This document shows, in pieces, positions 30,933 to 44,695 of a DNA stretch of 64,000 bases. This DNA is from the human T2T-CHM13v2.0 reference genome, Homo sapiens, in the NCBI RefSeq assembly GCF_009914755.1, contig NC_060931.1; one strand, given 5' to 3'. Below the pieces are notes generated by a model. That model was not told the DNA's origin. It saw nothing but the letters and a program-made list of their open reading frames with translations, and ran no database searches. Every line of letters begins with the position of its first letter. Within the stretch, counting starts at the first letter, position 1. A program made the translations under genes and the position numbers.

Positions 30933-31092
30933 TTTTTATTTTTTACAGATAGGGTCTCACTCTGTTTCCAAGGCTACAGTGCAGTGTGTGGTCATAGCTC
31001 AGTGCAGCTTCAAACTCCTGGGCTCAAGCGATCCTCCCACCTCAGCCTCCTGAGTACTTAAAACTATGGGTGCAGTCCACCATACCCAGCTT
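30933..31092 (-). mobile_element. FRAM/AluJ right monomer
   Basis: gatagggtctcactctg...ctcaagcgatcctcccacctcagcctcc. Confidence 0.8.
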
Positions 31093-33160
31093 CATTTTCT
31101 TTTTTTAAGACCTAAGTGATGCAACAACAAGCATATCAAAGACAGATACTATATACTAGGGATTAATTGACATTACTATCAATTTCTTACAGGCAACTCA
31201 CATCAGAGACTTTGGAAAGACCATTTTGAGAACAAGTGCTGCAGCTCACATGGAGTGGCTGTGGGTGCAGAGAAGACTACATGAAGCCCCTCTGCACAGC
31301 CTCAACAAAACACAAAAATGGATGACTTCAGCAGGCAGCTGCATGAAGCCTCTGAACCTTTCAACAGAACCCCAGCCAGCTGTAGGGCAAATGACACCTG
31401 TGGAGCCCTGCAGCCACCACAGTCTTACCCTGGGAACCCGGGTTGCTGCATGGGGGCCAGATGTAGGATGCCCAGAGTGCAAAGGGCAGATTAGTAGACT
31501 TGATCTTACAACAGAGGGATCCTAGGGTGCCAAGATCAGCACTCAGACCTTTCCTGAGGCAAAAGTGGAGAGCAGGCATTCCTGTGTGTCACCAAATTCA
31601 CTCTTATGACCAGAGACCATGCTAATGCTATCTGCCTATGAGATGTCACAATTACTGTTAGGGTGAATCCTACCAGGCTGAAGAGATCCTAGACACAGAC
31701 ACATCTGAGCGCAGACAGAGCAATGGCACCTGTACATTCCACATTCTCTTTCTAGATGGGGGAATCCTGCTCATAAAAAATTAAATTAGGGAAAAGATGA
31801 AGGGTTTTAAATTTGTTGACTTTGGAAAAAGGTTAGTGACACCAAAGAATTTAAAACAATAAAAGTATTGTCATTTCAAAATAAAACTGCTTCAAAATAC
31901 ACAGCATCTGTGGCATTAGAAGCACAATTTGAAATCTTGGCAAATTTAGAAAACTCTGAGTTCACACCATAAATGGGCATCAATGCCAGAGCACGCTGGT
32001 AACTGTGACTATGCCGACGTGAACAGCAGATGGAGGCTGACAGGAGAACCTGGCCCATTTTCCACTCTCTCTCCTTAGCGAAGCCTGGTGATCCCAGTGA
32101 AGCAACTCCGGCCCCCTAACTCTCACGATAGTCTCTCTGCCTGTGAGGTATCCCTCAGGACGCCTGAATAAAATGTGGCTAACCTGCTACATGAGGCCAC
32201 ATGAGGGCACACACCTACCTTCTAGGTGTTTCCTCATTTGATTTTCTAAAAAAAGGCTACAGTCACTAAGGACATTTTACATGAAACCTCTGCGTGTTGC
32301 AAGCCTCCATATGCTGCAGACCCTGCCCCAGACACTGTCATGCCCAGGAAGGAGTTGAGACTTTAGCATCAGCACCAGGCAGGTGCCTGGACACACACAG
32401 TGAACGACCATAGCCCTGAGAGGTCAGTTCATTACTGTCTATAGCTGTCACCTGAGAGCTGGAGGCTCCCTGGCTGTTGAGGAGCAGGTCAATCTCAGGG
32501 AGAGGGTCACTCTGGGACCTACCCCCGCGCCACCAGCCCTGGGCTCCTGCATGTCGCTGAAGATCTCCCAGGGCACTTTACTCTGGGGAGGGACACACAT
32601 CCTCTCAAGGGTCAGGATGCTGCCCCATGGCAAGTCTACAGCAGAACAGATTTAGATTCAACACACAGAGCTCTTTCCACTGGACCACAGCATCTTCAAG
32701 GTTCTTTGAATCCTTCCTAACTGGGTCGCTGCCCAGTCTACGGGCTCCCCCATGCTAGGTCACAAGAAGCTGTTTGCAGGCACAGGGACTTTCTGTTCCA
32801 CGCCTGGGCTATGCAGTGCCCTAGGGGCCAAAAAAACAGCTTGCCAAGAGGACACCAACAGGATGACCCCACTGAATTGCCCTCAGAGCAGGGCAGCAGG
32901 GCATGAAGGGGGATGCCAGTTGCACCCTATGATGCTGCATGTGTGCAAGCATGTATGTGCATGGTGCATACATACAATGTGTAGTGCTGCCATCTTTCAC
33001 CCCTTGAGGTTGGCCTGTCCCGAACTGAGTGAGGATCCAGGTAGGGGTTTGAGGTCCAGAACTGCCTGGAAGTTGCCTCGGCTTACCTGGAATGAACAGA
33101 CCTCCCCATTCCTGGTCCTGGGCAGTGGGCTTGGCAACAAGCCATCAAAATAAGGAGGCC

Positions 33161-33293
33161 GGCCGGGCGCGGTGGCTCACGCCTGTAATCCCAGCACTTT
33201 GGGAGGCCGAGGCGGGCGGATCACGAGGTCAGGAGATCGAGACCATCCTGGCTAACACGGTGAAACCCCGTCTCTACTAAAAATACAAAAATA
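33161..33293 (+). mobile_element. AluY left monomer only, no right arm and no poly-A tail, with 15-bp TSD
   Basis: Matches recalled AluY consensus up to the A-rich linker; TSD caaaataaggaggcc at 33146-33160 and 33294-33308. Confidence 0.95.
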
Positions 33294-33830
33294 CAAAATA
33301 AGGAGGCCTTAGGCCTCCAGAAATGGAGAGACAAGAGCAGCTGCTTCCTGGGGAGGATTATCAATGAAACTGCAAAGCAGGACTGAAATACTCTTTGGAG
33401 AAGGTAAGATTAAAATGGCTGGAATCCTAGCACCACAAAGGCAGATCTGTGTCTCTCTTCCTCACCGACGTGCCCCAATAGAGGGGTGAGACTATGCAAT
33501 GTTACAAGGTGTTGGCACAGAACATAAAGGATGGGGGAAAGAGACTGAGAGGAAGGTCAAGGAGAGGGGAGGATGTAAGGGAAAGAAAAGGGAAACAGAA
33601 AGAAAGGAGGGAAGGGGAGGGGCAAGGATGTAGAGAAGAAAAGGCTGGTGGAGCCCCTGACACCTCCATGCGTGTCTTTGGCACTACTGGCAACTCCAAT
33701 GATGAGCAGGTATTCCTGCTATTTTGTTTTTGAATATAAAGTTCTGTAAGAGATACAATCACAGGAAACATGAGGGCTCACAGATAAAAACAGCCAGAGC
33801 ATCCTAGCTTCTCTCATGCCTCAACAGCTA

Positions 33831-34169
<339 letters not shown>

Positions 34170-36052
34170 TCATCAAGGCTTTGACAAACGCACAAATACC
34201 ATTCAAACTACAATAATTTTTATCATCTCTCTGTAACAAAGGCTCAGTGTCAGTGTCTGGGGAAGATGTGAGAAACCACCTGACCTCCATCCTGTGGCAC
34301 AAAAAGACACTTCTAAGGGGTACATGGTAAGACTGCCTTCTTATCTGTCTGGAACAAAAGGCATCTGGGTTCATGTTCTCCAGTCAAAACAGACTCTTTC
34401 TCCCGAAGGTCAACTCATGAATACATCTCAGTCCTTTTGTGGACCCAATGCTGAATATGGGCACAGAGTGGGCAGACCCTCACATACACCATCCCCAAAC
34501 ACTACCATGAGAAGCCCTACCCACAGGGCAAAGGTTCAAAGGCTGGCCTTTCATCTAGTGGCCACAGGCAAATGCAGCATAACTGGAATGAGCCATAACC
34601 AGGCAGGTCTGGCTGTCTAAGCACCTGAGCTGAGCTCAGCTGAGCAGGTGCTGCAATACTACCTGAGGCTTCAAACTCTGCATGGACGTAGGCCAAGCAA
34701 AGATGTCCTTTAAGCTTGCCATGCCCCGGGTGGAAAAGGGGGCCAAACCTAGAGGAACATTCTCTTCCATAGAGACAAGGGCCAGGGTGGACAGGGCTGT
34801 GAGGACAGACAGGTGTGAAATCAAATCAGAGGTCAAACCCCATCCCTGCTGCCTAAGCTACTGAGTCACAACCTCAGAAATTCAATCTCTCTATTGTGGG
34901 GGGAAAAAAACAAAAACAAAAACAAAAAACAAACAAACTGTATTTTCAGGGGTACTGTGCAGCCAGTCAACCCCACCTTAACTGTGTGTACTAAGTGCTC
35001 AGGACATGCCCCTGGTGTGGCAGGGCCAGGTGAGGAGAACATGTTGACACTCCTCTCCGCAGGCTCCTTCACCTCATAAGAGCAGGATGCACCTGTCTGT
35101 GAAAATAGGCAAGAATGGACGAGACACAGCAACAGGGCTTGCAGAACCACCTACGATGTATTAATACGTGCTGTACCGGAAGGTAAGACTAAGACAATCC
35201 AGATACACCACAAGGTAAGGTTCCTCCAAGAGACAAAATGAGAAGAAAATATCGATCAGCGATCTTCAGGGGGAGGAGGCGGTCCGTGTTTACAGAACAA
35301 AAATAAGGAGACTGTGCCCAGCAGATGACCCCTCCCCACTGACTCAAGGCTGCACTGCGTCCGCGTGCCCTGCTGTACTGCGGCCCAAACCCACGTGCTG
35401 GGTATATGGGACACGGGAAGTTAAAAATAATCTGAGGAAAGCAACCTTTTTTTCCCTAAATAGCTACTCTTGGAGTTATTAAAATAGGAAGAAAGAATGT
35501 ATACATCTAATTAATCATTCTCTTTGGCCATGAGCAAACTCTACACTGGGCACTACGCTGGTCAGACAGGAACCTTTCTCTTCCTCCTCCCTAACCCACT
35601 GCTGACATCACAGAGTCTTCACATGCTGGCCTCCAACATCCAGAAACTGGCTCTGCAATCTGGCTCCCTCCCCTCCTCTACCAAAGGTCCCACCAAGCGA
35701 CTCTTCATGGGAAGATATGTGCAGATGAGGCACAAACAAAAGCCATCAACACACTTGATGTTACCAGGCTCTGGTGCAGGAAGGGCACATCTCATGACAC
35801 CCTTCGAGGTCCTGTTAACTGGGCTCTCAGCCCAGGTATGAGAACACAGCTGAAAGACCAGAGTGCACCTGTGAGGCAGTGATTGGGGACAAGAGCAGGT
35901 AAGACAGGTTCCTTGCTAGGCTAGGACATGGCAGGAAGCTGGTCCACACAACCTTCTTCCCCACCGTCATCACCAACCCCTCTGCCACTATCGGCCTTGT
36001 CACCAGCACAAGGGCCTAAAGGGTGGACTCTCCAGGACTGCCATGCTCGTAC

Positions 36053-36241
36053 CAGCTCATGGCTCTGTGGCTTGCCCTGCAGCTTCTGGTGGTAGTCAAA
36101 GGTAAGCCTGTCCAACACCGCCTGTTCCTCCTCATCCACGGTGGCCATGGAGCGCTCCTTGTTGATCTTGTCAATGTCGATGGGCTCTTCTCCCTCCAGG
36201 ATGGCGTTCCACCAATACTCGCCCACCTTGCTCAGGTTCAC
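36053..36241 (-). CDS. NUDCD3: NUDCD3 penultimate coding exon, VNLSKVGEYWWNAILEGEEPIDIDKINKERSMATVDEEEQAVLDRLTFDYHQKLQGKPQSHEL
   Basis: 189 nt, phase 0-0. Acceptor tgcttgtccccag|GTG and donor CTG|gtacga. NudC-family WW...EID motif and C-terminal helices; in frame with both neighbouring exons. Confidence 0.97.
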
Positions 36242-37344
36242 CTGGGGACAAGCAGGACAGAGACCTGAGTCAGAGACCTGAGACAGGTGTCCAGGGCTGG
36301 GGACAGAGCAGAGCCCACTGAGGGATGGGTGTCCAGGATAAGCTCAGGACCAACTACACAAAGGGAGGTGACAGACAAGAGGGGGTGCCAGAACCCAAGG
36401 CAGGACCCTCTGTGCCTGGGAATGCATTTGCTGCCTGTGCTAACATATCCCAGGGAAGAGCTAGGAGGCACATACCTGAGGGGACTGACATTCTGGAAGA
36501 TGCCTTTATCCTTCTTCAGCAGGTCCTGGATACTCAGGACAGTGCCTGTTCCATGTGCACACCTTGCCCACTCTCATGAAGAAAGGCTATTTTCCAAGAC
36601 CCATGACACCCCCCCACACCAGGACCTGTCCTGGGCCAACCCAGCCTGCCCCCATGCTTGCCATGGAAGGCTCTGCTTAGCTCTTATCAACCAACTACCT
36701 CTCCAGTGATCTCTCTTGCTTCCAAGAGCAACATCCAACATTCTGCTATCTTAGGGGTAAGCTGGGACCTATGAGACTTAGGGCTCAGCCTAATGCATGA
36801 CAGAATCTCCTGGGGAGTCCTCACCCCATGACAGGGCACCATGCCCTGTCCCCACTTCTTCCTCACTGGGGCCAAGCTTGCTGCATGAGGGGGTCCTCCA
36901 GCCCCATTCCCTAAAGTTCTCTGATGGCTTGGGAAGGAGAAACGACCATCAAGAAACAACCCCAAAAGAGGCCTCCTTGGGCACCTCTGTGGGGATGGCA
37001 CAGACATCCCTTGGTCAAAGGAAGCAGCACCCAGCATTTAAGATCCAGCCCTCAGTGTTGGGGTCTGTGAGACTCATGTCATTACCATAAAAACTTAAAA
37101 GACAACTGGAACTGCAGTATGAGAGCAAACGTGAGGGGTGCTGTATGTACCTAGGTGACCCTGGCTGCTTGGCCTGTCCCAGGGACACAGAGGAGGGCCC
37201 TGGCCACACCATGCCCTGTTATCAGTGGTCATACAGACACAGAAAACAAGAAAACTGGCTGCATCTGCTGTGGTCAGTGGCTGGGCTCAAAATTCTTACC
37301 AGAGTGGCCAAGAAGCAACAGAGTGGGTTTGTCTACTTTGCCCT

Positions 37345-37437
37345 AGATGAGCACTGCACTTTTTCAACAGAAATACTTGATCTGTGTTTAGATTTCATAA
37401 TATTTACAATTGAAAGAGGTACATTCACATGCCCAAG
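37345..37437. repeat. 93-bp copy of 38793-38884
   Basis: Direct repeat with 3 substitutions and 1 indel. Confidence 0.93.
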
Positions 37438-38792
37438 TGTGATGGGACTCTCTGATGGGATTAAACCACTAGGTGCTCACAGAAAGGGAGAAAAGGTAGC
37501 AAAGGGCCCGCAAGTGAGAGCAGCTCTCATCCATGGAGGTGGCAGCCACCAGGACACTTACTGACCAGGTGGGCAAAACCTACCAAGCCACACTCAGGGT
37601 AACTGTGACACTCAAGAGGTCACAGTGAGTCCACAGGACACCACGTCCCCCCAAGAGGGAGCACTGGAGACTCACCAGTATACACGGGCTTGAGAGAGCA
37701 GTGTCCTAACACTGCACCTTCCACCTTCCCACCTCCAAGCTCCTGCTGCCAAAACCTACCCACACCAAAGAAGGTACTCAGCACCAGACTCTGCAGAGCC
37801 CAGGGATCAAGTCCGAGAATGTGTTCTACTAATGAAGAGGGTGGGCACCGATGTGGTGCGGGAGAGCACACAGTGGAGATTTTCCAGAACTGGGAAGAGC
37901 AAGACAAAAACCTGCAATCATGATCTGAAGCCAGCATCCCAGAAATCTTGTCTGACATTCCGAATGCAGATAGGGGGAGTGGTGAACAGGGGGAGTGGGT
38001 GGCTCCCCTACACGCCAGCTCTACCCAGTAAATGACGCTGCTCTGCCAGTGTGCAATTTAAATTTGGGATGAATCTTCCATTTCCAGATACTCTGCTAAG
38101 CTGGTTTGTCGTTGACTTTACAGTTTGTGTGACGGGGACCTGACTCACCCTCAGAGACCCCAACACTACAAACTCTACCTCGTCTTTACCAAGCTGATGC
38201 AATGAAAACCTTCCAAGAGGGAAATGCATTGTTTTCTCTATTCCAGGGAAGACTTCAGAGGAACTCACAGAACTGTAAATCTCTGGAAAGAAGAGATCCT
38301 TTACGAATTTTTTATCTTCACCAGTAGTTATTACTGTGATCCATGTAACTTATTTTATTAGCGTTCACAAGTCCTGTAAAACACATATCATTACCATTTA
38401 CCATACATACCATTTTTTGTATTTAAAAATGAGGACAAACCCTTGGAAGTAAGGGCCTTTTCCAGATTGCCCAGCATGAAGAGGCAAAGCAGAGCTACAC
38501 TGGGGCTGACAGCCCACCATCAGCACCATGTGGGCAGGGGGTCGGCCTACATACCATCCAGGGGACGGTGCTGGTGCTCTCAGGCCTTTTGGCACTCCAC
38601 AGACCCCAACACAGGGTTTCACTGGCCAGGTCCAAACACACACCCAGAGTGGAGGGCTCCTGGGCACAGTGGGAGATGGACCTGAAGACAATGAGCCACC
38701 TGCCCAACAGGAAGGAGGGGAACATCCCCAAATCTTCTGTGTCCACAAGTGTACTTTGGACACAGAAGTACACTTGAACCCAACAAAAATTA

Positions 38793-39050
38793 AGATGAGC
38801 ACTGCACTTTTTCATCAGAAATACTTGATCTGTGTTCAGATTTCATAATATTTACAATTGAAAGGGTATATTCACATGCCCAAGCTGTTTCAAAAATATT
38901 CAAGGTTTTCCAGTAACTAAATCAAGTAGGTTTTAAATTTAAGTTAATTAAAATAAAATAATTCAGTTCTCCAGTCACGTGAGCCACCTGTCAAGTGTTT
39001 ACTCAGCTGCCACATGTGGCTAGCAGCTACTGTGCTGGGCAGTGCAGCTC
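38793..39050. mobile_element. hAT-Charlie DNA transposon fragment (MER33/Charlie1-like)
   Basis: gaaatacttgatctgtg...ttcacatgcccaag...gccacatgtggctag...gggcagtgcag terminal motif. Confidence 0.75.
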
Positions 39051-39124
39051 TCCAAGGGGGCCATCCTCACTCACAGACGTCACGCATGTGCATCAGTGTG
39101 GTATTTTATGAGGAGATGTGAGCC

Positions 39125-39842
39125 GACTTTATATTGAACAATTTCTAATGGAGGCAAAATCCACTTAACACAAAACTTACCATTCAAAAGTGAACCAATG
39201 GCATGTAGTATATCCACAATGGTGCACAACCATCACCTTTATCTAGTTTCAAAACACTTTCATTACCTCACAAAGAAGCCCTGTGCCAATTATCAGTCAC
39301 TCCCCATTTGCTCTAACCCTTCCTCTAAATTGTTCCCTCAACCCCACCAAGCCACTGGCAACTACTAATGATTCTGCCTCTACAGATTTGCCGGTTCTGG
39401 ACATTTCACACAAATGGAATAATACTGTTATCTGTTTGTTTTTGTCTGGCTTATTTCACTTGGCATAATGTCCTCCTCAATGTTCATCTATGTTGTAGCA
39501 TGAATCAGAACTCCATTCCTTTTTAAGGTTGAATAATATTCCACTGTATGGATAAACCACATTTTGTTTCATCAACTGATGGACATTTCAGGTGCCCCCA
39601 CTTTTTGGCTGTTGTGAATAATGCTGCTATGAACATTGATGTACATACATCTGTTTGAGTCCCTGTTTTCAATTCTTCTGTATATTTACCCAGAAGTGCT
39701 GGGTCATATGGTAATTCTACAGTTAACTTTTTGAGGAACTACCATACTATTTTCGAAAGCAGCTGCACCACTTTACCTTCCCACCAGCGGCATACAATGG
39801 CTCCAGTTTCTCCATACCCTCACCAACACTTGTTATCTTCTG

Positions 39843-39884
<42 letters not shown>

Positions 39885-39905
39885 AATTACAGCCATCCCA
39901 CAGGT
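39125..39905 (-). mobile_element. L1MB-like 3' fragment
   Basis: ttcctttttaaggttgaataatattccactgtatgg and aatgctgctatgaacatt motifs. Confidence 0.8.
39844..39881. repeat. (TG)19 microsatellite
   Basis: Perfect dinucleotide run. Confidence 0.97.
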
Positions 39906-40079
39906 GTGGCTAGCACCACTGGTCCTTTGTCCTGACCATATACACACAGGCCTGCCTCCTCTGCCTTCCAGACCTGCTCCAGTCAAGTTTCCATCTGTCA
40001 TCACTGTAACCAAGTGGGCTGCCCTCCATGCTGGGGCAGCAAACAGGACCTGAGGTGTTGTCTATAAAGGTTCTTGTAA

Positions 40080-42290
40080 AGGCTCTGGAAGAGGAAGGTC
40101 TCAGTTGCAAAATTTTAATTATTTATTTATTTAGTACCCTTAGAATATCTTCTATTTTTAAGGATGAGCATATTAGTAAAAACAATATGAACAATATTAT
40201 TAGCATGATAATTATTCTAAACAAGGGCATTCTAACATCGTTATTGACTTGCCTGGAGTCCCTCTCCACACTGTTCCTTTACAGAATTCCATCTCTCACT
40301 CTGAGCTGCAGATCCCCATTCCTTTCTCCTTCCCAAACTCCAGACCTTTTTTTTTAATGGCCCACGCCTCGTAAGTCATTGAGCTGACAAGCTTCTTTAT
40401 GCTCTGAACATTCTCATGTTCTATAAACTGGTTTAATGTGTAAATGTTTCTGCTGTCACTGTCCACATTTAACTACTTTCCTTAGAGTAATGCTTCTGGG
40501 AGGCCTCAGATATGACTTCTGGTAGTTAACCTTAAAAACCACTGAATGGTACAGAGCATACAGGTCTTGCAGGGCTGTCTTCCGACACCCAGTGCAAGAT
40601 GCAGTTCTGGGAGGACATGGGTACAATGTTCCTAGGATGGAGTTCAAAGACCTCTATCTAAAAATAACACCTCTGATAAAGTAGTCTGATGGTTTTACAT
40701 TTGTTTTTTTTTTTCTGTGAATATTTTATTTTTTTAAAGTCAAGTTTGTGGAGGTATAGTATGCACATAGTAAAAATCACTCTTTTGAGGTCACATCTCC
40801 ATGAGCTACTGCTACAATCAACCCACATCCCAGCAGCCCCGTTCCCCTTCTCAGCAGTCCTCTCAGCCCGATGCTCGTTTTGCCATCCAGCATGTCCGTG
40901 TCCAGAATGTCACATGTGTGGAATCACACAGTGTGCAGCCCTGTATCTGCTGCCTCCTTTGAGTGTGGGGACTCTTGACGCTCAGCCACACTGTGCTTCA
41001 TGGCACAGGCAGACCACACACTTGTTTGTGGACATGTGGGCATTTCCATTGTTTTGCAATCAGGTAGAGAGCTGCTGTAGAGATCTGCCTGCTTTCTATT
41101 CTCCTTGGTAAGTAGCCAGGAATGCGTGTGTTGGGTCACGTGATGTCAGCTACTGTCCAGACTGACCACTCTGCTGCACCCCTACCAGTAGCACAGAAGA
41201 GCACCAGGTGCCCCATCTCATTTAGCGCTTGGTGCTGTCTGCCTTCTTAGCAGCTCTTCTAAGAGGTGTCTAGGGGCATCTCATCATGGTTTTGCCTTGC
41301 ATTCCCCTAATGAATCATGACGTTAAGCTTCTCATGTGCTTATTAGCCTTCTCATTTTTTTTAACATTTTATTTGTAAAGAATTTTAAGCTTAAAGTTAC
41401 TAGAATAAGTACAAAGACACCCATACAAGTGTTTAGCAGCTGTGTGTCTGTACACAGCTCTCTCACTCTATATGTATGCTGTATGTATAATATATAATAA
41501 CATAGTATTTTCTCTGAATCATTTAAGAATAGGTTGCATTCATCTTGGCCCTTTGTCCTGAGTTATTTCCTAAGGACAAGGAAATAACTTATGATGATTT
41601 ACGGAACAGGGTCCAGTCCAGAGTCCTTCCTGCATCTTGGGGGTCCTGTCCTCTTTAATCTAGGACATTTCCACAGCCTTTTTCCTCCCCTGACATCTCC
41701 TGATTAACTCATGTGTGCACACCCAGCTGGACACACATGTGTTCCACCTGCAGGCACACAACATCCACAGCCCTCAGTGGGTGGGGTGTTCACTCAGGTT
41801 ACCTGGCCAAAGGGAGGTCTGACTTCTCCACTGTAGTTATTGACTTGCAAACTCTCCTCTCCAGAACCCCTGCATCCCTGCTCCACCCTGCCCCGCATAG
41901 CATCTGCCGGTCCCATCTGTCCCACGAAGGCTGGGAAATGCTGACTTTCTTGCCCTAGTCCCTCCACACTGACTGATGGCTTATGCATCTTATTGAAGCA
42001 AGCACCTTCTCTTCTGCAATGAAATTATCTATCTATTGCTGTCAGTACTGACCCCTGGATTCCTGGCCTCTCTGGTCTCTCAATGGCTTATAACTCATTA
42101 CCATGCTTAATTATGTTGGTGTGAAACAATCCCAGACAAGGTTGGTGGAGGTTGCTTGACTTTGATGGTGCTCAATCATTTCCCTGGCACGTTCTCATTT
42201 TCCAGCATAACAAAATGCTCCAGGTTCCTCTTTTATCTACCCAGTCCCAGACCTCTAATCAGTCCATTTCTGAGGGACCCCAGACTGCAG
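40080..42290 (-). mobile_element. Cluster of decayed L1M (L1MC/ME-like) fragments
   Basis: catctcatcatggttttgccttgcattcccctaatga and aatgctccaggttcctcttttat motifs; boundaries approximate. Confidence 0.55.
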
Positions 42291-42384
42291 GCTGAACAGT
42301 GTTCCCAAAATGTCCTCACAGAAACTTCCACCTCAACATGAATAAACTTACCTCAGCATCCCCCAATCTGCGCTGATGACTCAC

Positions 42385-42700
42385 CAGCATTTATATCCCT
42401 TTCCTTCCTTAGTAACGGAACCTCATTTCTATTCAGGGAAGCAATGTGCCCAGCGAGGACGACTTTACTCCTCACAGCTGCCCGCGTGATCGAGACTGGG
42501 CCAATGAGACTTATGGGAATGTTGTGGGACGTTCCTTCCGGGAAGGCACCTCAGAGCGAGGGCAGATAACGGGGTGAGACAACAGCGTGGCAGAGGTCCA
42601 GGGCACCTGCTCAGCACCTGCTGCTGGGGGAATGTGGGCCACAATGGAGCAGATCTGGCTTCTCAGGACACACCACAAGTCAGCACTGTTATGAGCAATC
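42385..42700 (+). mobile_element. Probable old MaLR LTR (MLT1J-like)
   Basis: ttccttagtaacggaacc...attcagggaagcaatgtgcccagc...ggccaatgaga. Confidence 0.45.
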
Positions 42701-44299
42701 TCCTGATTTTCAATGCTGTCAAATATTTTTTTAAGCTTGAAAATTAGAAACAAAATTAAGACACTGTATAGGCCAGATAGGACCCAGCTGTGGTCTGAGT
42801 GTGGCTGGAAGGCCCATGTATTCCAGGGATGGGGCCGACAAAGCAATGCCGAGCTGCGTTCCTTTCCTCTCCTCCAACCCCATGAAACGAGGGTGCCCAG
42901 CACCCTGTCCATGGTGCCACCAAGAGGCACCATTAGCCGGCTCTGCTCAGCACATTCCTTCCACTCACACTGGAACAGGTTTCCTTGGGCTACCGCCTTC
43001 TGTTAAATCTGTAAGCTTCAGCTCTTCCCTACTGGAACTGATGAAGGATTCTGATTTCCCCTGAAAAACGCTGAGGGCTCTCCCTAGAGACATCACTTGC
43101 ACTGAAGGCTTAAGGGCTCACATTACATTCACATACTAATTTCCAGGCTCTGGGCTCTTGCCAAAATGCTAAGGTAATTTAATCTGTAGTTCCCACTCTG
43201 AGTTTATGAAGAAGTATGTTAAGTAATCCATGGGATGGCCTCAATGAGCCAGGAAAGTTGTGGGGACTCAGGAAAGTGGCTCGCCAATGAGGACAAGTAG
43301 ACAATAAACCACCCATCTTCATTTTATCCTCACAATTGTTCTAAGAAGTGACACTGGAAGTATCTGGGTAAATTAGCAAAGATAAGCGAAGATGAAAAGC
43401 CCACTGTTGGTGGGGATGTGGGGATATAGGGCTAATGTCATCGGCGACACTCCAGAAACAACTCATCCACCAGGGAGAACCACAGCAACAGCTCAGAGGC
43501 TGCAGTTACACTAGAATTCCACTCTTGAGAAATAATCTAAATTGAGGGGAGGAGGTGGATACAGCTTGCACAAAAACACTCACAGGGTTCAAAAATCATA
43601 AACAAATATATTACGATGAGTTTTAAAGCCTGAGCTTCAAGGTCTAACTCCTCAAAGAATACTCCAGAGCAATTTCACTGATTTTAAATGACTTGTGTGC
43701 GCACCACGTCAATACATGAAGAAGTGTATATGGAACGGCATTCACCTCATATACAGCTACAACGACCATCTCAAGCATAGCCATGTCCAAGAGCCCCCGC
43801 AGCAGAGCAGCCACCCACGGCAGCATGGAGGACAGCCTGTCAGCTCCCCCGACTGCAGGAAGAAAGGAGGATGGTGCGCATGCCAACTGCCTAGCTTTGG
43901 GGACTGAACGAGCTATCGGAAAAAAGAGCTGGTGCCGTTGCCACGGCTGATTTTACATCTTCGTAACCAAGAAAGGAGCTTGCCTGAGTCAAGAAGTCTC
44001 ATTTAACATTCTGAAGTGTGGGAGGGAGGGAGGGAGGCAAGAACTGTCATACGGTTTTAGCAGCCACCCCTGCCTGCCCTGGCTGGCTGATGTGGGATCC
44101 ACGGCACAGGGAGGAGCAGGTTATGTGGAAGGCAGCTGGGAAGCGAAGGCCATGTCTGCACTGGGCTGCCGGGAGGTCAGAAGGTCAGAATATCTAACCA
44201 AGGAGCTGAGGGTGGTGGCAGCAGCGCAGCTCTGGACGCCATCCCTTTGCATCCTTCTCATCTCATGCAGCCTCACAGCAGTGCTGTGATGGGAGACCT

Positions 44300-44695
44300 G
44301 CACTGGTGTCTGGGGCTGCCCTAACAGGGAACAACAGACCAGGCGATACAAGGCAATACAAATTTATTATCTCCCAGCCCCATGGGCCAGAACTCTGAAA
44401 TCAAGGTGTCAGTAGGGCCATGCTCCTGCAGAGACTCTAGGGGAGGATCCTTCCTGCCATTTCCAGCTTCTGGTGGCTCCAGGTGTTCCTGGGCTTGGTG
44501 GTTATATCATTCATCTCTGCCCTATCTTCTCATGGCCTTCTCTGTGTCTATCTCTGTCTTCTCCTGTTTCTTATAAAGACAGGTGTCACTGGATAATCCA
44601 GGGTGATTCCATCTTGAGAGATCCTTAACTTAATCATATCTACAAAGACCCTTTTCCCAAATAAGGCCACATTCACAGGATATCTCCAACCCTTT
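44300..44695 (-). mobile_element. MaLR solo LTR (MLT1B-like)
   Basis: ctgaaatcaaggtgtcagtagggccatgctcc...ttccagcttctggtggctcc...aaataaggccacattcacagg. Confidence 0.8.

Noticed and set aside
42346-42435. Consensus donor sites (GAG|gtaagt, CTG|gtgagt) on the minus strand as a cryptic exon
   Set aside because: No convincing upstream polypyrimidine tract/acceptor; such motifs are common in long introns.
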